Origin: Candidatus Aminicenantes bacterium UBA2190
GTDB lineage: Bacteria; Acidobacteriota; Aminicenantia; UBA2199
DNA: 64,000 nucleotides
Reading direction: 5' to 3'
Assembly: GCA_002335385.1 (NCBI GenBank)
Contig: DCVK01000054.1
Span: 27,597 to 91,596, forward strand
The first letter of the stretch is position 1; each line of letters starts with the position of its first letter. Made by a program: the position numbers and the translations under genes. Of the stretch, positions 58,370-64,000 are shown piece by piece. The notes beneath the pieces were generated by a model, which saw only the letters and a program-made list of their open reading frames with translations, was not told the origin of the DNA and did not search any database.

Positions 58370-58550
58370 GAGAAGGAGCAATACGAAGACTGAAATTCCA
58401 AATCCCAAGCACCAAATTCCAAACAAATACCAAGCTCAAAATTCCAAATTCCAAACGAAAGCTCCTTTCAATGTCAGCAGGCGTCCGGGAATAAGTTCTT
58501 GCTCTTTCGTTTCAACGTTTCTACGCTGCAATGTTTCAACGATTTCCAAT
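58370..58550 (+). repeat. Fourth copy of conserved chain (AAATTCC 4+4) plus an octamer arm
   Basis: GAGAAGGAGCAATACGAAGACTG-[4 heptamers]-AAAC-[4 heptamers]-AAACGAAAGC...TGTCAGCAGG; cgtttcaa cgtttcta cgctgcaa tgtttcaa (58508-58539). Confidence 0.88.
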
Positions 58551-58617
58551 CCCATGCCCCTTCAATTCATCGACGGGTTCCGGTGCCGTCCGCCTTCTGA
58601 TCCCCTGTCAGTTTTCT

Positions 58618-58646
58618 TTGACTTCAGAGAACACTAATGCTATATT
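58618..58646 (+). promoter_or_regulatory. Sigma70 promoter of ygeW-ygfK-ygeX operon
   Basis: TTGACT-17-TATATT with extended TG. Confidence 0.7.
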
Positions 58647-58674
58647 TTTCGAGTCCAAGGGCAAGGAGCGAAAC

Positions 58675-59697
58675 ATGAATTCGATCTTCCATAACCGTCA
58701 TTTCATCACCGAGGACGACTGGTCCAGGAACGACCTGGACACCGTCTTCGACGTGTCCTTCGACCTCAAGAAGCGCTTCGCCCTGGGCGAGCCGCACCGC
58801 CTGCTGGCGGACAAGACGCTGTTCATGATATTCTTCGAGCAGTCGACGCGCACGCGCAACTCCATGGAGGCGGGCATGACCCAGCTGGGCGGGCACGCCC
58901 ACGACCTGACCGCCGACAAGATGCAGATCTCCCACGGCGAGTCGGCCAAGGACACGGCCGTCATCCTGTCGCGCATGGGCCACGGCATCGCCGCGCGCAA
59001 CTGCTTCTACGGCACGGGCAACGCCTACCTCAACGAGATGGCCCGGCACGCCCGCTGCCCGGTCATGAGCCTGCAGGACGACGTCTACCACCCCTTCCAG
59101 GGGCTGGCCGACATGATGACCATCTTCGAGCACTTCGGCCGCGACCCGCGCGGCCTCAAGGTGACCGTCTCCTGGGCCTACGCCGAGTCGCACGCCAAGC
59201 CGCTCTCGGTGCCGCAGACGCAGATCCTCCTCTTTCCGCGCTACGGCATCGACGTCACCGTCGCCCACCCGCCCGACTTCCCGTTGAGCGCCGGCATCGT
59301 CGAGAAGGCCAAACAGAACGCCAAGGCCGGGAACGGCCGCCTCACCTTCACCCACGACATGGACGAGGCGGTCAAGGGGGCGCAGGTGGTGATCCCCAAG
59401 AACTGGGGCGGCTTCGGCGCCTGGAGCGTCGAAGAATACCTCAGGAATGAAAGCGAGTGCAAAAAGGAAATGGCGTCGCGCCTGGCCCGGCACCAGGACT
59501 GGATCTTCGACCGCCGCCGCGCCAACCTGGCCGACCGCCGGGTCAAGCTGATGCACGCCCTGCCCGCCGACCGCAACCGCGAGGTGACCGACGAGGTGAT
59601 CGACGATGAGAGCATCTCCATCGTCTACGACGAGGCCGAGAATCGCCTGCACACGGCCAAGGCCGTCATGGCCCTGACCATGGGCGGCCGCGGCTAG
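58675..59697 (+). CDS. YgeW-related carbamoyltransferase
   Basis: STRTR, HPFQ, HALP, EAENRLH, and WAYAESHAKPLSVPQ resembling the YgeW signature loop; KNWGG instead of the OTCase SMG. Confidence 0.8.
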   Translation: MNSIFHNRHFITEDDWSRNDLDTVFDVSFDLKKRFALGEPHRLLADKTLFMIFFEQSTRTRNSMEAGMTQLGGHAHDLTADKMQISHGESAKDTAVILSRMGHGIAARNCFYGTGNAYLNEMARHARCPVMSLQDDVYHPFQGLADMMTIFEHFGRDPRGLKVTVSWAYAESHAKPLSVPQTQILLFPRYGIDVTVAHPPDFPLSAGIVEKAKQNAKAGNGRLTFTHDMDEAVKGAQVVIPKNWGGFGAWSVEEYLRNESECKKEMASRLARHQDWIFDRRRANLADRRVKLMHALPADRNREVTDEVIDDESISIVYDEAENRLHTAKAVMALTMGGRG

Positions 59698-59709
59698 GCC
59701 GCAGCGCCG

Positions 59710-62700
59710 GTGGCCGGAGACCGCTTCGCCCCCGCCACGGCGCGGCGCCTCCTGGCGTGGATCCTGGCCGAGGAGGAGCGCGGCCAGGTCTTCGGCATCC
59801 AGCGCGAGCTTTTTTTCCATCCCGACGCCGCCGACCCCTGGCGGCTGGAACGCTGCGGCCGGCTGCTCGAAACGCCGCTGGGCGTGGCGGCCGGCCCGCA
59901 GACGCAGCTGGCGCAGAACATCGTGGCCGCATGGCTCTGCGGCGCCCGCTTCATCGAGCTCAAGACCGTCCAGACCCTCGACAAACTGGAGGTGCGCAAG
60001 CCCTGCATCGCCGCCGGCGACGCCGGCTACAATTGCGAGTGGTCCCAGGAGCTGACCCTGGACGAGTCATTCCAGCAGTACCTGGCCGCCTGGGTGCTGC
60101 TGCACGTCCTGCGCCGCCGTCGGCGCCGCGGGGTCCTGCCCGCCGATCCCGGCTTTCTCTTCAATTTCAGCGTCGGCTACGACCTGGCCGGCATCCGCCA
60201 GCCCAACATGCAGTGCTTCCTGGACAAGATGTCCTGCTGCTACGATGAGAAGGAGAGGCTGCTCAGGGAGTTGCAGCCCCTGTTCCCGGGCATCCACGAC
60301 CTGGATATCCCCAACTGCATTGCCGACAACGTCACCCTGTCGACCATGCACGGCTGCCCCCCCGAGGAGATCGAGAGGATCGGCCTCTACCTGCTGGAAG
60401 AGAGGAAGCTGCATGTCACCATCAAGCTGAACCCGACGCTGCTGGGCGCCGAGCCCCTGCGCCGGCTGCTGAACGAGGAGTTGGGCTGGAAAGTCAAGGT
60501 GCCCGACCAAGCCTTCGAGCACGACCTGCGCTACGACTCCGCCCTGGACCTGATACGCTCCCTGAAAAGCCGCGCCGAAAAAAACAACCTGCATTTCTCC
60601 GTCAAGCTGACCAACACCCTGGAGTGCCTCAACGACGGCGCGCTGCCCGCCAGCGAGAAAACGGTCTACCTGAGCGGCCGCCCGCTCCTGCCGCTGGCCG
60701 TGGCGCTGGCCCGCCGCCTGCAGGACGATTTCCAGGGCGGATTGGACATCACCTACTCCGGCGGCGCCGACTGCTTCCATGCCGCCGACCTCCTGGCCTG
60801 CGGCCTGCGGCCACTGACCGTCTGCAGCGACCTGCTGCGCCCGGGCGGCTATGCCCGCCTTGGCCAGTACCTGGAAGAGGTCCGCCGCGCCATGAAGTCC
60901 TGTCGGGCGGCATCGCTGGACGAGCTGGTGCTGAAGCGCGCCCGCATGAAGGACCCGGCCCGGGCGCTGCGGAAAAACCTGAAAAATTATGAAATGGCGT
61001 TGGCGAACGGGGATGACGCCCGCGCGCCGCTGCTGCCGGCAGCCTCCTTCAAGGGCAAGCGCAGCCTGGCCTGGTTCGACTGCGCCGCCGCCCCCTGCCG
61101 CGAATCCTGCGCCATATCCCAGGACGTCCCGCGCTACATGCACTGGGTGGGCAAGGGCGATGCCGACCTGGCCAAGGCCGTGATCTGGGAAAGCAATCCG
61201 CTGCCCGCGATCCTGGGCATGGCCTGCGACCAGAAGTGCCGGGAGCGCTGCACGCGGGGCCTCTTCGACCGGCCGCTGGACATCCGCGGCGTCAAGCGCT
61301 TCGCCGTCGAAAACGGCCGCATTCCGGTTGCCGATCCGGCTTCACTCGGCGATGCCACGCGCGTGGCCGTGGTGGGCGCCGGCCCCGCCGGGCTTGCCGC
61401 CGCCCGCGAGCTGGTCCGCGGCGGCTTCTGGGTCGAGGTCTTCGAGGCACACGCCCGCGCCGGCGGGCTGGCCGCCACGGTCATCCCCGGCTTCCGCCTC
61501 GGCGCCGCCGCCCTGGAGGACGATGTGGCGCGACTGAGGGAAAAGGGGGTGATCTTCCACTGCGGTCAGGCTGTCGACGGCCGGCGGCTGAGCGAACTGC
61601 TGGATGCTTTCCACCTGGTCTTCCTGGCCGCCGGCTCCGGGCAGGGGCGCCGGCTGCTCATTCCCGAGGAGGACGCCGCCGGGGTCCACGACGCCCTGGA
61701 GTTCCTCGCCGCCGCCAGGCGCGGGGAGCCGCCGGACATCGGCTTCCAGGTCGTGGTCATCGGCGGCGGCAACAGCGCCATGGACGCGGCGCGCACGGCC
61801 AGGCGCCTGTGCGGCCCTCTCGGGCGGGTCACGGTGATCTACCGGCGCACGCTGGCGGAAATGCCCGCCGCCGCCGAGGAGATCCGCGAGGCCGTCGCCG
61901 AAGGGGTGGCCATCATGGAGTTGACCGCCCCGCTGCGCATCGAGACCTCCGAGGGCAAGGAATGGGCCCTGCTCTGCTCGCGCATGGAGCTGCGCCAGGC
62001 GGACGCCAGCGGCCGCCCGCATCCGGTCCCGCTTTTCGGCTCCGAGTTCGAGCTGACCTGCGACGCGGTGATCGTGGCCATCGGCCAGGACAGGAACAGG
62101 GAATTGCTGGCCGGCACGGAATGGCAGGTCGTCGGTGACGACGGCCGCACCAGTCACCCCCGCCTGTTCGTCGTCGGCGACGCCCGCGGCGGCCCTTCGA
62201 CCCTGGTCCGGGCCGTCGCCGACGGCAGCCGCGCCGTCGACCGCATCCTGGAAGAAAGCGGCCGGACGCTGCGCGTCCCGGAGCCCGGCCCGGTTTCCGG
62301 CCTGACCTGGCTGGAACATGCGCTGCAGCGCTCGCGGCGCGAGAAGATCGAGCCCTGGTTCCCGGGACCCAGGATGGATAATTCTTTTCTGGAGGAGGGT
62401 CTCTCCGCCGTTGCTCCCGGCCTGGACGCCAGGGCGGCGCGTCAGGAGGCACAGCGCTGCCTCCATTGCGACGACCTCTGCCTCTTGTGCGTCGGCGTCT
62501 GCCCCAACCGCGCCCTGGTCGCTTTCGAGACCCGTCCCGGGCGCTGGCCGGTGCTGCATGCCGCCAGCCGCAAGGGCGGAGCCGAGCTCTCGGCGGCCGG
62601 CGTCCTTGAACTGCGCCAGAAATACCAGCTGGTTCACGTGGTCGACTTCTGCAACGGCTGCGGCAACTGCGCTACTTTCTGCCCCACTGCCGGCGCTCCC

Positions 62701-63030
62701 CACATGGACAAGCCCCATATTTTCCTGCGCGACGGCGACTTTGAACAGGCGGCGGAAGGTTTCTTCCTCAAAGCCCCCGTCCCGGGCGGTCCCAGGGTGC
62801 TGTTGGCCCGTGCCGCCGGCGAGCTGCATCATTTGCGCCGTTACCCCGACCGGCTGGATTTCGAGAACCGCAACTGCCTGCTGCGCCTGAATTGCGAAGA
62901 TTTCTCGTACCTGGCCGCCGATTGGCGCCAGGAGGCCGATCCCGCTTTCGACGGCCGGCTGCTGGCACAGATGGCCATCCTGGTGGAATTCCTGCCGTCC
63001 TTCCTTCATGGAGACAATCCCGATGTGTGA
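59710..63030 (+). CDS. ygfK: YgfK-family Fe-S flavoprotein oxidoreductase
   Basis: G.AAGP.TQLAQNI, ELKTVQ, YNCEWSQEL, TLSTMHGCPPEEIE.I, KLTNT, GAGPAG, GGGNSAMD, C-terminal CxxCxxCxxxCPNRA and CNGCGNCATFCP. Confidence 0.92.
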   Translation: MAGDRFAPATARRLLAWILAEEERGQVFGIQRELFFHPDAADPWRLERCGRLLETPLGVAAGPQTQLAQNIVAAWLCGARFIELKTVQTLDKLEVRKPCIAAGDAGYNCEWSQELTLDESFQQYLAAWVLLHVLRRRRRRGVLPADPGFLFNFSVGYDLAGIRQPNMQCFLDKMSCCYDEKERLLRELQPLFPGIHDLDIPNCIADNVTLSTMHGCPPEEIERIGLYLLEERKLHVTIKLNPTLLGAEPLRRLLNEELGWKVKVPDQAFEHDLRYDSALDLIRSLKSRAEKNNLHFSVKLTNTLECLNDGALPASEKTVYLSGRPLLPLAVALARRLQDDFQGGLDITYSGGADCFHAADLLACGLRPLTVCSDLLRPGGYARLGQYLEEVRRAMKSCRAASLDELVLKRARMKDPARALRKNLKNYEMALANGDDARAPLLPAASFKGKRSLAWFDCAAAPCRESCAISQDVPRYMHWVGKGDADLAKAVIWESNPLPAILGMACDQKCRERCTRGLFDRPLDIRGVKRFAVENGRIPVADPASLGDATRVAVVGAGPAGLAAARELVRGGFWVEVFEAHARAGGLAATVIPGFRLGAAALEDDVARLREKGVIFHCGQAVDGRRLSELLDAFHLVFLAAGSGQGRRLLIPEEDAAGVHDALEFLAAARRGEPPDIGFQVVVIGGGNSAMDAARTARRLCGPLGRVTVIYRRTLAEMPAAAEEIREAVAEGVAIMELTAPLRIETSEGKEWALLCSRMELRQADASGRPHPVPLFGSEFELTCDAVIVAIGQDRNRELLAGTEWQVVGDDGRTSHPRLFVVGDARGGPSTLVRAVADGSRAVDRILEESGRTLRVPEPGPVSGLTWLEHALQRSRREKIEPWFPGPRMDNSFLEEGLSAVAPGLDARAARQEAQRCLHCDDLCLLCVGVCPNRALVAFETRPGRWPVLHAASRKGGAELSAAGVLELRQKYQLVHVVDFCNGCGNCATFCPTAGAPHMDKPHIFLRDGDFEQAAEGFFLKAPVPGGPRVLLARAAGELHHLRRYPDRLDFENRNCLLRLNCEDFSYLAADWRQEADPAFDGRLLAQMAILVEFLPSFLHGDNPDV

Positions 63031-64000
63031 GTATGCCTTCAACGAGCTGTGCCGGGCAAGGCCCGAATGGACGGGCGAAGAGTACGCCTTTCTGCGGGAG
63101 CGCGACATGCTCGCCTTCCACCAGTCGCTCCCCGGCTACGCGCCGACGCCGCTGCTGGAACTTCCCGCCTTGGCCGCCAAGCTGGGCCTGGCCGGGATCT
63201 TCGTCAAGGACGAAGCGCAGCGCTTTGGCATCCAGGCCTTCAAGGCGCTGGGCGCCTCGTACGCCATGTACCGTTACCTGAAGAAGCAGTGGGCGGACCG
63301 CTTCCCGGAACCGTTCACGCCCGAGTGCTTCCAGGACGGGAAAATTCTGGAAAAGCTGGGCACCTTCACTTTCTGCGCCGCCACCGACGGCAATCACGGA
63401 CGCGCCGTGGCCTGGACGGCCAGGATGCTGGGTCAGCAGGCGGTGATCTACATGCCCGCCGACTCGGCCGCGGCGCGGGTGGAGAACATCCGCGGCGAGG
63501 GGGCCGAGGTGGTGCTGGTTGCGGGGACCTTCGACCTCTGCGTCGAGCGCTGCGCCGCCGATGCCGCGAAAAACGGCTGGCAGGCGATATCCGACACCGC
63601 CTACCCCGGCTACCGCGAGATCCCCGGCTGGATCCTGCTCGGATACACCTCGATCTTCGCCGAACTGGAAGGGCTGCTGCACGGGCCGATGAAGACCGGC
63701 GTCGACACGGTCATCCTGCCCGCCGGGGTGGGTGGGCTGGCCGCCGCCGGCGCCTTCTTCTACAGCAAGCGCTACGGCGCCAAGCGCCCGGCGCTTGTCT
63801 GCATCGAGCCCGTCTCCTCCGACTGCTTCCTGGAGTCGGTGCGCTGCGGCCGGGGCGATCCCCTGCCCACCAGGGGTGAGCAGACTTCGATCATGGCCGG
63901 CCTCAACTGCGGCGTCCCCTCGCCGCTGGCCTGGCCCTTTTTGCGCGACGCCTTTCCCTTCTTCCTCGCCGTCGGCGATCACTGGGCCGAGCAGGCGATG
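63023..64000 (+). CDS. dpaL: Diaminopropionate ammonia-lyase (YgeX/DpaL), 3'-truncated by window
   Basis: Not in ORF track (runs off the end). MCEYAFN...FHQSLPGYAPTPL, KDEAQRFGIQAFKALGASYA (PLP Lys), ATDGNHGRAVAW, ISDTAYPGY, GVGGLA, SIMAGLNCG. Confidence 0.93.
   Translation, partial: MCEYAFNELCRARPEWTGEEYAFLRERDMLAFHQSLPGYAPTPLLELPALAAKLGLAGIFVKDEAQRFGIQAFKALGASYAMYRYLKKQWADRFPEPFTPECFQDGKILEKLGTFTFCAATDGNHGRAVAWTARMLGQQAVIYMPADSAAARVENIRGEGAEVVLVAGTFDLCVERCAADAAKNGWQAISDTAYPGYREIPGWILLGYTSIFAELEGLLHGPMKTGVDTVILPAGVGGLAAAGAFFYSKRYGAKRPALVCIEPVSSDCFLESVRCGRGDPLPTRGEQTSIMAGLNCGVPSPLAWPFLRDAFPFFLAVGDHWAEQAM

Noticed and set aside
58675-59697. argF ornithine carbamoyltransferase
   Set aside because: Lacks the SMG ornithine loop, has a YgeW-like loop, and lies with ygfK/dpaL.
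59710-63030. Selenocysteine recoding or true selenate reductase activity in ygfK
   Set aside because: No in-frame TGA; the historical name is not supported by any Mo-binding motif in this protein.
63049-63879. 276-aa ORF in the track
   Set aside because: Wrong frame; the real gene is dpaL starting at 63023 and running off the window.

Overview
High-GC Gram-negative (diderm) anaerobe chromosome segment; gene content and style resemble Candidatus Aminicenantes/Acidobacteriota MAGs, but that is an impression, not a classification. It holds about 53 protein genes: secreted hydrolases in a lower-GC block at the left end, a PAP2-diguanylate cyclase-Ser/Thr kinase unit, an RND pump, nifJ, pgsA-rarA, amrA-yjbQ-dtd, bamA-skp-fabZ-lpxA-lpxI-gnnA-like, a tricorn-type S41 peptidase, an ECF sigma/anti-sigma unit and the start of a ygeW-ygfK-ygeX(dpaL) purine-catabolism cluster. 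No tRNA, rRNA, CRISPR or transposase was seen. Three things stand out. (1) A P3-less Moco/Tuco-type riboswitch whose ribosome-binding site drives a 17-aa leader ORF overlapping a 13-bp hairpin that hides the RBS of a TonB-dependent receptor. The receptor is followed by an exported protein with two Cys-less sulfite-oxidase-like domains, making a candidate Mo/W-cofactor uptake system next to the purine cluster. (2) A family of dispersed intergenic elements built from fixed-number (4-5 unit) 6/7/8-mer arms, often as inverted pairs, including a conserved ~130-150 bp chain present four times. (3) A translationally coupled PRTase-DprA pair resembling anti-phage systems rather than competence genes.
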